From contig OZ244723.1 in assembly GCA_965219325.1 (NCBI GenBank), positions 1,503,628 to 1,567,627 on the forward strand: 64,000 bases of DNA, read 5' to 3'. The position numbers were made by a program, and so were the translations under genes. Under the pieces are notes generated by a model, which saw only the letters and a list, made by a program, of their open reading frames with translations, was not told the origin of the DNA and did no database searches. Below are positions 9,868 through 21,044 of the stretch, piece by piece (position 1 is the stretch's first letter; every line of letters begins with the position of its first letter). The stretch comes from Dehalococcoidia bacterium (lineage in GTDB: Bacteria; Chloroflexota; Dehalococcoidia; Lucifugimonadales; UBA2962).

Positions 9868-9887
9868 CGGGTCTTCCGCCAAGGCTC

Positions 9888-10322
9888 CTATCCGTCGATA
9901 ACTATCGCGTCCCCTGGACGCACCGCCCCGTCCGCGACGATCCTGCCGAGCATGCCTCGCCTGCCCTCGATCCTCTCGCGCAGCCCGGGCTCTGCCTCGT
10001 CCATCTGCGAGCACGGGTCGCAGTCCCCTGTGATCTCCACCACCGCCGACTCCCCCAGCCTTACGCGCATCCCGCGCCGAAGGCTCGATATGTCCAGGCC
10101 GGAGGTGGTCACGTTCTCGCGCGTTACGGCGGGGCCTATCCTGAACTCGGCCTGTGTCTCAGAGTCCATGATCAGCACCTGCCGGGTGCGCGTGCGGCCC
10201 GCGTGCCGGTCGCCATCGATGCCGTGCCCGGCCCGAAAATCCGCCTGGGTAAGCACGGTCATCGGCTGCCGCCTGACCGGTGAGACCTGCACCTGCGCCA
10301 CGGTACCGCTTGAATCGACCAT
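9888..10322 (-). CDS. MOSC domain protein
   Basis: GIDGDRH, RQVLI, RENVTT, CDPC and GRRGMLGR. ATG 10322 has a GGAGG RBS. The long N-terminal part of the listed ORF is a shadow frame. Confidence 0.85.
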   Translation of the reverse strand: MVDSSGTVAQVQVSPVRRQPMTVLTQADFRAGHGIDGDRHAGRTRTRQVLIMDSETQAEFRIGPAVTRENVTTSGLDISSLRRGMRVRLGESAVVEITGDCDPCSQMDEAEPGLRERIEGRRGMLGRIVADGAVRPGDAIVIDG

Positions 10323-10457
10323 TCCAACACCTCCACGGGCGATTTGAGACGGCTGAGCCGCTAGATTACGGCACCGCCGGCGCAGCCACAAGCGCCGGCT
10401 CTCCCAAAGCGGCCCGGCTCCGCTTATCATTAGCGCGATCCTCGCAGGGGGCGTGCA

Positions 10458-11414
10458 ATGACTAACGCGGTAAGGCTTGGACAGGGAGCACATACGTACC
10501 TTAACGACACCGACTGGGCGAGGCCCCCGGCCGGGGTCGGATGGAGGGAGATCGCCGGCGTGGCCATCGGCGCCGACGGGCGCGTCTACGTCTTTGCAAG
10601 GGGCGACCACCCGGTGATCGTATTCGAGAGCGACGGGACCTTCGTTACGAGCTGGGGCCAGGGATTGTTCGCAAATCCCCATGCGATCACCGCAGGTCCC
10701 GACAACACCTTCTACACGACCGACCACTTCGGGCACGTCATCAGGCAGGTGACCGCCGACGGACAGGTGCTGATGACCATAGGCGAGCCCGGCGTCGCGG
10801 CCGCCCCGCACTCCGGGGCGCCGTTCAACATGCCCACCGACGTCGCCGTCGACCCGAGCACGGGCGACCTGCTCATAAGCGACGGGTACAAGAACTCGGC
10901 CGTACACCGCTTCTCGGCCGCCGGAGAGCACATCCTCAGCTGGGGCGGTCCGGGCGTTGACCCGGGCGAGTTCTCGATTCCGCACAACATCGCCATCGAC
11001 GCCGACGGGTTCGTCTACGTCGCCGACCGCGAGAACCACCGGATACAGGTGTTCGACGGCCGGGGCAACTTCCAGACCCAGTACAACAACGTCCACCGCC
11101 CCTGCACCATCAGGATAGGCGGCGACGGCCTGATGTACGTGGGCGAGCTGGGCTTCGGGATGACCGTCAACCGCGAGGTGCCGAACATAGGCCCCCGCAT
11201 GAGCGTGCTGACAAGGTCCGGAGAGAGGGTCGCAAAGGTCGGTCACCTGGGCTTCGGCATGGACCCCGGCCAGATGACCGCACCGCACGCCCTGGCCGTC
11301 GACGGCCGCGGCGACGTCTACCTGGGGGAGGTGGCCGCAACGGCGAGCAGGGGCTGGGTAGACGAGGACGCGCAGATCCTCAGCCTGCGCAAGCTGGTGA
11401 GGGTGGCCGACTGA
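10458..11414 (+). CDS. NHL-repeat beta-propeller, peptidyl-alpha-hydroxyglycine alpha-amidating lyase (PAL)-like
   Basis: Repeated F..PH/PT.(I/V)A(V/I)D units plus PAL-type SDGYKN and ADRENHRIQ motifs. Confidence 0.85.
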   Translation: MTNAVRLGQGAHTYLNDTDWARPPAGVGWREIAGVAIGADGRVYVFARGDHPVIVFESDGTFVTSWGQGLFANPHAITAGPDNTFYTTDHFGHVIRQVTADGQVLMTIGEPGVAAAPHSGAPFNMPTDVAVDPSTGDLLISDGYKNSAVHRFSAAGEHILSWGGPGVDPGEFSIPHNIAIDADGFVYVADRENHRIQVFDGRGNFQTQYNNVHRPCTIRIGGDGLMYVGELGFGMTVNREVPNIGPRMSVLTRSGERVAKVGHLGFGMDPGQMTAPHALAVDGRGDVYLGEVAATASRGWVDEDAQILSLRKLVRVAD

Positions 11415-11455
11415 GGGGGGCCGGCGAGCCCGGCCCACCCGGAGGAGCTGATCAA

Positions 11456-12448
11456 ATGACCACAGCCGAAAAGACCCGGATAAGGGCCCCTGAGACCATC
11501 TCGGAGATGGCGGACGCTGCGATGGCCTTCCTGGCGACGCTCGATCCCGGCAGGCGAGAGCGGGCCGTCTACCCCTTCAGCGCCGATGAGCGCGGGAACT
11601 GGCACTACATCCCCAAGGCCCGAAACGGCCTGCCCAGGCGCGAGATGGACGGGGCGCAACTGGAGGCCTCAGAGGCGCTGATAAGGGCGAGCGCCAGCGA
11701 GACGGGAGCGGCAAAGGCGCTGGCGATAATGGAGAACGAGGCGGTCCTCGGCGAGATAGAGGCGTCGGTCGGGCAGCTCTGGCACGATCGCGACCCGGGC
11801 CTGTACTTTTTCACGGTGTTCGGAGACCCGGCCGGAGACGGGCCCTGGGGCTGGCGGGTGGAGGGACACCACGTCTCCCTTAACTACTCGGTCTTCGGCG
11901 ACGAGCTGATCGCCGTTACCCCCTCCTTCCTGGGCTGCAACCGCGCAGAGGTTCTTAGCGGCCCGCACAGGGGACAGCGCCTCCTCCCGGACGAGGAGGC
12001 GCTGGGCCGCGCGCTCCTGGTCTCACTCGACGAGCGGCAGCGCCACAGGGCGGTCATATACCCGGTGACGCCCAGGGAGTTCTTTACCCGGTCCAGCCGC
12101 AGGGTGGAGATAGCGGCGCCTCTGGGCGTGCCCGCCTCTTTGATGACCGCCGACCAGCGGGACCGGCTGATGCGCCTGGTCCGCGTCTACACCGAGCGAA
12201 AGCCCGCCGATATCGCCGCCCAGGCGCTGGGGAAGATCGAGTCCGAGGGCATAGAGAACATAGTATTCGGGTGGGCCGGAAGCGCGTTTCGGTTCCAGCC
12301 CCACTACTACCGCCTGCACGGGCCGGCGCTGTTCGTCGAGTACGACAACACCCAGGACAACGCAAACCACATCCACTCGGTGTGGCGAGACATCGAGGAC
12401 GACTTCGGCCGCGACCTTCTGGCCGAGCACTACGCCGACTCGCACTAG
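11456..12448 (+). CDS. DUF3500 family protein
   Basis: WHYIP, WGWRVEGHHVSLN, HYYRLHGP and EYDNTQDNANHIHSVWRD motifs. Confidence 0.85.
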   Translation: MTTAEKTRIRAPETISEMADAAMAFLATLDPGRRERAVYPFSADERGNWHYIPKARNGLPRREMDGAQLEASEALIRASASETGAAKALAIMENEAVLGEIEASVGQLWHDRDPGLYFFTVFGDPAGDGPWGWRVEGHHVSLNYSVFGDELIAVTPSFLGCNRAEVLSGPHRGQRLLPDEEALGRALLVSLDERQRHRAVIYPVTPREFFTRSSRRVEIAAPLGVPASLMTADQRDRLMRLVRVYTERKPADIAAQALGKIESEGIENIVFGWAGSAFRFQPHYYRLHGPALFVEYDNTQDNANHIHSVWRDIEDDFGRDLLAEHYADSH

Positions 12449-12463
12449 GGCCTGCCCCGGGCG

Positions 12464-13417
12464 CTATGGGCTGGCGGGCAGGGCCTCTTCCGGGATCAGG
12501 TAGCTGTCCAGCGGCAGCATGAAACTGTCTACGACCGGGCCTTCGACGATGAACACGTCCGCCCGCGCGGTGTTCTTGGCGTAGTAGCTGCCGTCCTCGC
12601 GGCGGATGAACAGGATCCGCTGGGTGGGTATCTGCGAGCCCTCCCTGGCCTTTACCAGCAGCGATGCGTCCGGGACGTCGAAATTGAGCGCCTTGGCCTC
12701 CTCCTCGGATGCGAAGCCCGAGGCCACCAGGACCTGCAGGGCCCTTACCAGGGCCTCTGCGGTGAACGGGTTGGCCGGCTGGGGTCCGTCGGCCAGCAGC
12801 ACCATGGGGAACTGGCCCGTGGCGTCGATCTCGAAGAATTCGTCGCCCTGCCGCGGGAAGCGTATGGTCACGCGGTCGAGCGCCTCGAACGCCACGCTGA
12901 TGATCACCGGATTCCTCCAACCGTCCGGGTCCGGGTCGAACAGGTCGTCGAACTGGCAGTTCACCGCGTACACGAGGTCCCCGTCGCCCCTCCGAAGGAA
13001 GCACCGGCGCACGTCGGGCGACCAGCGCCCGATCGTGAACTTCTCCTGCACCGCCTGCCCGAGGAAGAAGATGATCTCGGTGCCCTGCCGCGGGTCCACG
13101 CCCATGCGCTCGTGGTTGGCCGGATTGCTCGAGACCAGCTGGGCGCCCTCGAACTCGTTCACCACGGCCCACATCTGGTCCAGCTTGGGCTCAAAGGCCG
13201 GTTGCGTTCCTATGGTCCACGCATCGCCCCTGCGCACCAGGATCGCCTCTGATGTGGTGGTCCGGATGGTCACGCGGTCGATCACGTCCCGATGCACCGG
13301 CAGCAGGCCGGACAGGGTCTCGTCGCCGCCGCCCGCCGCGACCAGGCGCACTATGACGCCCGCTATGGCCAGGGCGATCAGCGCCAGGAGAACGTAGCCG
13401 ACCTGCCCGCTCTTCAC
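12464..13417 (-). CDS. DUF4340-like membrane-anchored protein
   Basis: One N-terminal TM helix, two similar beta-rich halves and a WR motif; lies downstream of gldG-like gene as usual. Confidence 0.7.
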   Translation of the reverse strand: MKSGQVGYVLLALIALAIAGVIVRLVAAGGGDETLSGLLPVHRDVIDRVTIRTTTSEAILVRRGDAWTIGTQPAFEPKLDQMWAVVNEFEGAQLVSSNPANHERMGVDPRQGTEIIFFLGQAVQEKFTIGRWSPDVRRCFLRRGDGDLVYAVNCQFDDLFDPDPDGWRNPVIISVAFEALDRVTIRFPRQGDEFFEIDATGQFPMVLLADGPQPANPFTAEALVRALQVLVASGFASEEEAKALNFDVPDASLLVKAREGSQIPTQRILFIRREDGSYYAKNTARADVFIVEGPVVDSFMLPLDSYLIPEEALPASP

Positions 13418-15702
13418 TCCGGTTTGCTCCCTTCCTCGTAGAGTCTCTGGGTGAACTGGCGCCTGCGCACAAAGAGCACCGCCCCCACCAGCACCAGAAG
13501 GACCGGCACGCCGGCGATGTTGACGTACTGGACGGCGGTCTTGTGTGCGTCGGAGGTAAACAGCAGGTCGCGCGAGGTGACCACCTTGGACCGGATGCTG
13601 GCCAGGGACTCCTCCTGCGCCAGCCAGTCGACCCAGTTCAGGGCGAGCACGATGTTCTCAGGGGTCCTGCTGGCGATCGAGTCGGTGATCCAGTCGGAAT
13701 CGCCGACCACGACCATGCGGAAATTGCTCTCGCCCTCCGCCGGGTTCGTCGCCGTGCCCGTCAGGCCGACCGCGAGCAGATGCTTTCCGAACTCTTCGCT
13801 CTCCACCCCGTAGGCCGAGATGTCGGGCTGGGGACTGATGTCCTGGTACTGCCAGCGAAGGACGCCGAACTCGGTCGTCTCCACCAGGTGGATGAAGCGG
13901 TCGACCTCCCTTACCTCCGGCCTGTCGACCAGCTCTACCGAGGCCGCCCAGGGCAGGAGCACGGTCTCGGTGTTGCCCGAGATCTTCGACTCCACGGTGG
14001 GGGCCTTTATCCAGAACGGGTACTGCAAGAGCACGTTGCCCACCTGGGTCGTAAACGAGAGCGTCTCGTTGGACTCAAGGTCGATGACGATGTTCTCGTG
14101 TACGAACACGCCGTACCTGAGGATGAAATCGTTCAGCGTGTTGGGGTTGGGCAGGGCGATGAAGCGGTTGGGGTCCGCCGCGGTGGTGTCGACCAGGAAC
14201 AGCGCCTTGCCGCCCCGTCTGAAGAACAGGTCCAGCTGGACCTGTTCCGACTCGGGGATCGGCTGGTTGGGGCCGGCGACTATGAGCACGTCGACATCCG
14301 ACAGGTCCAGCCCGCCCTCGGCGTCGGCCCGGACGTCCACGACGTCGTACTGCTCCACGAGCTGGGCGTTGAAAAAGCGCAGCTCGGCGTCCCGCGCCTT
14401 CTCCCCGTGCCCGGTGAGAAAGCCGACCGTCTGCTTGTCTCGGCGCACCATCTTGTTTGCCAGGGTGGCCACCCTGTACTCGAGGCCGTCCACCGAGTCC
14501 ACGAACCGGATGACCTCGCGCCTGTCCGTGTAGCTGAGGGTCATGCCCAGAAAGCCGACCTTGACCTGCAGCTCGTCCTGCCCCTGGATGTTGAACTGCA
14601 CCGGAGGCACCCCCGCGACGCGCGCCTTCTCCTCCGACTCATCGTCCCTGTCGGGGGTGTGCCTTACCACCCTGACCAGGTCCGACTGGCCGTCCAGGTC
14701 TCCCAGAAAGCCCTCGATGTCGCGGCTTGCCCCGGCCAGCTGCACCGGCGGATCGCTAGAGGCGTAGAAGTTGATGGTCAGTAGGTCGTCCAGCCCGTCG
14801 ACGAGCTCCTTGGTCGCAGGGCTGAGGGTGAACAGCTTGTCGTCGGTAAGGTCCCAGCGGCCGCCTATCGACGACCCGAACCAGCCGGCGAGTATGCAGC
14901 CCAGGATGAGCCCGGCGACGCCCAGCCGAAGGTTCTTGTAGAGCTGGGTCTGGTGGCTGAGCGTTCTGCCCCTGAGCATCAGGTAGCTGCAGGACAGGAA
15001 CAGCACCGTCAGGGCCACGAAGTAGATGATGTCCCGCAGGTCGATCACGCCGCGGGCCATGTTTCCGAAGTGGGTTATCGGGCTCAGGTCCTGCAAGAGC
15101 ACCGCGGCCGCAGAGGGCAGGGTGAGCGTGACGAACGACAGGCCGATGACGATCAGCACGACGTTTATGAACAGGGCGACTATGAACGCGACGATCTGGT
15201 TGCGCGTGAGGCTGGACGTGAAAAGGCCTATGGCGACCAGCACCGCCGAGAAGAAAATGGCGCCTATGTACTGCGCCGCCGCCGCCCCGCCGTCAAGGTC
15301 GCCGGCCGTCTCGACAAGGATGGGAATGCCGATGGTAAGGACGATGCCGACCGTAACGAACGTCAGTCCCGCCGTGAACTTTGCGCCCAGCACCGTCCAG
15401 GTGCGAAGCGGCTGGGTCAAAAGCAGCTCGAGCGTCCCGTCCCGCAGCTCCTCGGCCAACAGCCTCATGGTCGCGGCCGGTACGAACACCGCCAGAACGA
15501 AGGGCATTACGTCGAAAAGGCCCCTCAGGGACGCCTCGCCGCTGGAGAACGCCGCGCGGAAGTGGAACCAGGAGACGACCGCGACGAATATCACCAGCAG
15601 CACGTAGCCGGTGGGCTGGTCGAAGTAGCCCTTCAGATCCTTTCGGATCAGGGCCGTGAAGGTCCGGGTATAGTCGCGCACAAAGGCGATGGCGGCCGTC
15701 AT
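13414..15702 (-). CDS. Fused GldF-like ABC permease and GldG-like (GIFT/ABC_transp_aux) protein
   Basis: N-terminal permease (TMRLLAEE..GTLELLLTQP), then RWDLTDDKLFTLS, FLTGHGE, VVVGDSDW and a C-terminal TM. Confidence 0.85.
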   Translation of the reverse strand: MTAAIAFVRDYTRTFTALIRKDLKGYFDQPTGYVLLVIFVAVVSWFHFRAAFSSGEASLRGLFDVMPFVLAVFVPAATMRLLAEELRDGTLELLLTQPLRTWTVLGAKFTAGLTFVTVGIVLTIGIPILVETAGDLDGGAAAAQYIGAIFFSAVLVAIGLFTSSLTRNQIVAFIVALFINVVLIVIGLSFVTLTLPSAAAVLLQDLSPITHFGNMARGVIDLRDIIYFVALTVLFLSCSYLMLRGRTLSHQTQLYKNLRLGVAGLILGCILAGWFGSSIGGRWDLTDDKLFTLSPATKELVDGLDDLLTINFYASSDPPVQLAGASRDIEGFLGDLDGQSDLVRVVRHTPDRDDESEEKARVAGVPPVQFNIQGQDELQVKVGFLGMTLSYTDRREVIRFVDSVDGLEYRVATLANKMVRRDKQTVGFLTGHGEKARDAELRFFNAQLVEQYDVVDVRADAEGGLDLSDVDVLIVAGPNQPIPESEQVQLDLFFRRGGKALFLVDTTAADPNRFIALPNPNTLNDFILRYGVFVHENIVIDLESNETLSFTTQVGNVLLQYPFWIKAPTVESKISGNTETVLLPWAASVELVDRPEVREVDRFIHLVETTEFGVLRWQYQDISPQPDISAYGVESEEFGKHLLAVGLTGTATNPAEGESNFRMVVVGDSDWITDSIASRTPENIVLALNWVDWLAQEESLASIRSKVVTSRDLLFTSDAHKTAVQYVNIAGVPVLLVLVGAVLFVRRRQFTQRLYEEGSKPE

Positions 15703-16727
15703 GCGCCCTTGGATGCTCCGTCCGGCTCACCGCCGGGGCGAGCCTCGCCCCCGTCCTCTTCGCGGCCCTTGGTAAGGGCGTGGAAAACGTCCTGCAGCTT
15801 GGCCTCCGACTCCCTCAGCTCCCACAGCACCCAGTCGCGGCGCTTGGCCAGTTTGAAGACCTCCGGCCTGGGGTCGTCCTCCCCGGTGAACGACAGGTTG
15901 AACCTCTTGCGCTCGCCTATGTCCTCCTCGCGCTCAAGGTCCGCCAGCTCGGGCAGCCGCTCAAGGTACCTCTGGACATCCCGGCCCTGGACCTCGACGA
16001 CGATCGCCCACGTGCCGCGCACGCGCTGGGATATGGATGCGACCGGGTCGTCGGCGATGAGCTTGCCGCGGTCTATGACCAGCAGCCTGTCGCACGTGCC
16101 CTCGATCTCCCCGAGCACGTGCGTGCTGAGCAGCACCGTGCGCTCGGTCCCCAGCGTGCGTATCAGGTCGCGCATGGACAGGCGCTGGTTGGGGTCGAGG
16201 CCCTCGGTGGGCTCGTCCATGATCAGGATCTCCGGATGGTGGAGGATGGCGGCGGCAAGGCCGGTGCGCTGCCGGTAGCCCTTGGACAGGAAGCTGATCG
16301 GCAGGTAGTAGACCTCCTTCAGGCCCACCTCCTCGACCGCCGTCTCGATGTTGCCGGTGCGCTCTGCGGCCGACAGGCCGCGCAGGTCGGCGACGAAGTT
16401 AAGGTACTCGTGCACCAGAAGGTCGCCGTAGAGCGGATTGTTCTCCGGGAGATAGCCGATTCGCTTGCGCGTCTCGATGTCGGAATCCTGCGTATCTATG
16501 CCCGTGATCCGCACGGCCCCCGCGTCCGGGCTGTAGTAGGAGGTGAGCATCCGCATGGTCGTCGTCTTTCCGGCGCCGTTGGGCCCCAAAAATCCCACCA
16601 CCTCGCCGCGCCCTATCTGGAAGGACACGTCGTCGACTGCCTTTCGGGTGCCGAATATCTTCGTGGCGTGGTCGACCTCGATCGTCGGGTTGTCGCCGGC
16701 CTTGCCGGTTCGCTGTCTAGTGGCCAT
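15699..16727 (-). CDS. ABC transporter ATP-binding protein (GldA-like)
   Basis: Walker A GPNGAGKT, signature LSKGYRQR and Walker B ILIMDEPT. Confidence 0.92.
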   Translation of the reverse strand: MATRQRTGKAGDNPTIEVDHATKIFGTRKAVDDVSFQIGRGEVVGFLGPNGAGKTTTMRMLTSYYSPDAGAVRITGIDTQDSDIETRKRIGYLPENNPLYGDLLVHEYLNFVADLRGLSAAERTGNIETAVEEVGLKEVYYLPISFLSKGYRQRTGLAAAILHHPEILIMDEPTEGLDPNQRLSMRDLIRTLGTERTVLLSTHVLGEIEGTCDRLLVIDRGKLIADDPVASISQRVRGTWAIVVEVQGRDVQRYLERLPELADLEREEDIGERKRFNLSFTGEDDPRPEVFKLAKRRDWVLWELRESEAKLQDVFHALTKGREEDGGEARPGGEPDGASKGA

Positions 16728-16837
16728 GTCCTGTCATCCGTGCCCCAAGGGCCGGCAGCTCAGGGCGCCGAGGGGCGTCCCGGGTCCGTGTTCGGCAGAT
16801 GGTCAAGTGGATCTACGAAGACCTTAGTCGAGGGCGC

Positions 16838-18511
<1,674 letters not shown>

Positions 18512-18575
18512 TCACTAATCCTCCAAGATGTTGCTACTAGCCAATTCTATCTTTGCTCAGATCGATCTTCGGGCA

Positions 18576-20870
18576 CTAGGCTCCGTCCAGTGCTTTAACG
18601 ATATTTCCCGGTGACATGGGTAGCACCGGCACCCGTACGCCTACCGCCTCGAAGATGGCGTTGGAGATGGCGGGCAGGGGAGGGACTATCGATGCCTCCC
18701 CGACCCCCCTTGCCCCGTAGGGATGCCCGGGGTTCGGGACCTCCACGATCACCGTGTCTATCATCGGCACATCCCAGGATGTGGGCATGCGGTAGTCCAG
18801 CAGGGATGGGTTCTGCAGCCTCCCGTCGTCACCGTAGACGTACTCCTCGTGCAGGGCCCAGCCGACCCCCTGCACCGTCCCGCCCTGCATCTGACCCTCC
18901 ACGTAGCTGGGGTGAATGGCCTTTCCGGCGTCCTGGACGACGGTGTACCTGAGGATCTCCGTCTTGCCGGTCTCGGCGTCCACCTCCAGGTCCACCAGGT
19001 TCGCGGTGAACGAGCCCGCCCAGCCCCCGGGGTGTATGTTGCCCCTGCCGCTGATCGGACCGCCGGTCGAGTTGAGCATCGCCGCCAGCTCCGGCAGCGG
19101 CATCCTGAGCTCGGTGTCCGTCTTGTGAAAGGCGGCACCGTCGTCGAAATCGACCTCGGACTCGGGAACGCCCCATATCCGGGCGGCCCTTTCGATAAGC
19201 TGGCGCTTAACGTCCAGGCCCGCCTCGTGCGCCGCCCAGCCGCTCTTGTGAGAGGCGCTGCTGCCCGCGCTGGGTCCGGTGTAGCCGGCCGTGTCGGTGT
19301 CCGCGACGATCGGATCTATCACGTCCAGCCCTATGCCCAGGACCTCCCCGAACTGCTGGGCGATCGATGCCCGGGTCCCGCCGATGTCCACCGATCCGGT
19401 AACCAGCTTTACCGTCCCGTCCGCGGCCAGGCTCGCCAGCACCGTCGCCTCCCCGGAGATGTTCCCGCTGTATCCCATGGCAAAGCCCCGGCCAACCCTG
19501 CGGTGGGGGGTCGAGGGCGAGGGAAGAGGGGACCCGTAGTGCTCGTGGTCCCTGAGCGCCTCTGCGACCTCGACCATGCCGATCGCAGGGTAGACGGTTC
19601 CGTCGGGGCGCCTCGAGCCCTCGCGGGCGGCGTTCAGCAGCCTGAACTCGACCGGGTCGATCCGTAGCTCCCTGGCCAGGTCGTCTATCGCCGTCTCGGC
19701 CGCAAGAGCTGCGTTGGGGGTGCCCGGGGCGCGGTAGGCACCGGTCTTGGGCTTGTTGTCGACGACGTCGTAGCCGTCGATCAGGAAGTTGTCGATGTCG
19801 TAGGAGGCGAAGACCGTGTTGCATGCGTTCTCAACGAAGGAGCCGGGGTACGCGCCCGCCTCGAACGCAAGGTACACGTGGCCGGCGGTGATCCTGCCCT
19901 CCCTGGTGGCACCGACCCTGGCCCGCACGATCCCCCCGCAGGTGGGCCCGGTCGCCTCCAGCACCTCTGTCCTGTCCATCGTCATCTTCACCGGCCTGTC
20001 GGTCTTTCGCGAGAGCACCGCCGCGATGGGCTCAAGGTAGGCCGTTATCTTTCCGCCGAACCCGCCCCCTATCTCCATGGGTATGACAGTCACATCCGAG
20101 ACGGACAGTCCGGTCAGCTCGGCGACGTCATGGCGAACGCCGAAGTGGCCCTGGTTGCTGCACCAGATCGTAAGGTGCCCGTCCTCGGACCAGATCGCGG
20201 TAACGTTCTGGGGCTCGATGTAGCCCTGGTGCACGGTCTGGGTGCGGTACTCGCGCTCGATGATGACGTCGGCTGCGGCAAATCCTCCCTCGATGTCGCC
20301 GTGGGCGAAGTGGATGTGGGAGACGATGTTGGTTCCGGCGAACTCGCCGCCCCGCTCGACCGGGGTCACGGGCCGCTCGTGGAGGACGGGTGCGCCCGCC
20401 GCCAGGGCCGCGTCGATGTCCATGACCGCCTCGAGCACCTCGTACTCGACCTCTATCAGGGAGAGGGCCTCCTGCGCCGCGTGGGCACTGGTGGCCGCCA
20501 GCGCAGCGACCGGGTGGCCCACGTAGAGGACCTTCTCGCCCGCCAGCACGTTGTTGCTCAGGTATCCGAAGTTGCTCTGGATGCCGTCGACGTCCGCGCG
20601 TATCCGGTTCTCGGCCGGGGCCAGGTCGGAGCCTACTGCCACGGCCCGAACCTCCGGGTGCGCCTCGGCCCGGGACGTGTCGATCGACAGTATCCGGGCG
20701 TGCGGGTGGGGACTGCGAAGTGTCTTTCCGTGGAGCATCCCTCCCATCATGACGTCGGCCCCGTAGCGGGCCCGCCCGGTCACCTTGTCGGTGCCGTCCG
20801 GCCTGACCGGCCGCTTGCCGACGACCTTGAATTCCCTTGTCGACAGCACGATGTTGCTCTTGGACGTCAT
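18576..20870 (-). CDS. Xanthine dehydrogenase-family molybdopterin-binding large subunit
   Basis: DKVTGRARY, GGGFGGK, AYRAPG, EGQMQGG, DYRMPT and GARGVGE. Confidence 0.92.
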   Translation of the reverse strand: MTSKSNIVLSTREFKVVGKRPVRPDGTDKVTGRARYGADVMMGGMLHGKTLRSPHPHARILSIDTSRAEAHPEVRAVAVGSDLAPAENRIRADVDGIQSNFGYLSNNVLAGEKVLYVGHPVAALAATSAHAAQEALSLIEVEYEVLEAVMDIDAALAAGAPVLHERPVTPVERGGEFAGTNIVSHIHFAHGDIEGGFAAADVIIEREYRTQTVHQGYIEPQNVTAIWSEDGHLTIWCSNQGHFGVRHDVAELTGLSVSDVTVIPMEIGGGFGGKITAYLEPIAAVLSRKTDRPVKMTMDRTEVLEATGPTCGGIVRARVGATREGRITAGHVYLAFEAGAYPGSFVENACNTVFASYDIDNFLIDGYDVVDNKPKTGAYRAPGTPNAALAAETAIDDLARELRIDPVEFRLLNAAREGSRRPDGTVYPAIGMVEVAEALRDHEHYGSPLPSPSTPHRRVGRGFAMGYSGNISGEATVLASLAADGTVKLVTGSVDIGGTRASIAQQFGEVLGIGLDVIDPIVADTDTAGYTGPSAGSSASHKSGWAAHEAGLDVKRQLIERAARIWGVPESEVDFDDGAAFHKTDTELRMPLPELAAMLNSTGGPISGRGNIHPGGWAGSFTANLVDLEVDAETGKTEILRYTVVQDAGKAIHPSYVEGQMQGGTVQGVGWALHEEYVYGDDGRLQNPSLLDYRMPTSWDVPMIDTVIVEVPNPGHPYGARGVGEASIVPPLPAISNAIFEAVGVRVPVLPMSPGNIVKALDGA

Positions 20871-20892
20871 GTTACTGGCCTCGGTGCGTGGT

Positions 20893-20979
20893 CTAGGCGG
20901 ACCTAAAGGCGATCACCATCATTATCGCGACCGCCGGTATTACGATCATCCAGAGGATACGCCTAGGATTGAGCTTCAT
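20893..20979 (-). CDS. Putative 28-aa single-TM small protein (MKLNPRRILWMIVIPAVAIMMVIAFRSA)
   Basis: ATG 20979 to TAG 20893. Basic N-terminus followed by about 18 uninterrupted hydrophobic residues. Minus-strand TATAAT at 20993-20998. Below the ORF-track length cutoff. Confidence 0.55.
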   Translation of the reverse strand: MKLNPRRILWMIVIPAVAIMMVIAFRSA

Positions 20980-21044
20980 AGCGGGAGCCATCATTATATG
21001 CAAGGTGCCGGGCCAACGCCGCTCAGGGTCTAGGTCCGTATTCG

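Noticed and set aside
12464-16727. Evidence for gliding motility
   Set aside because: GldAFG-like ABC modules are widespread, and no motor or T9SS genes are present in the window.
18576-20870. Aerobic CO dehydrogenase CoxL
   Set aside because: It lacks the AYxCSFR and AYRGAGR signatures and has no coxM or coxS neighbours.
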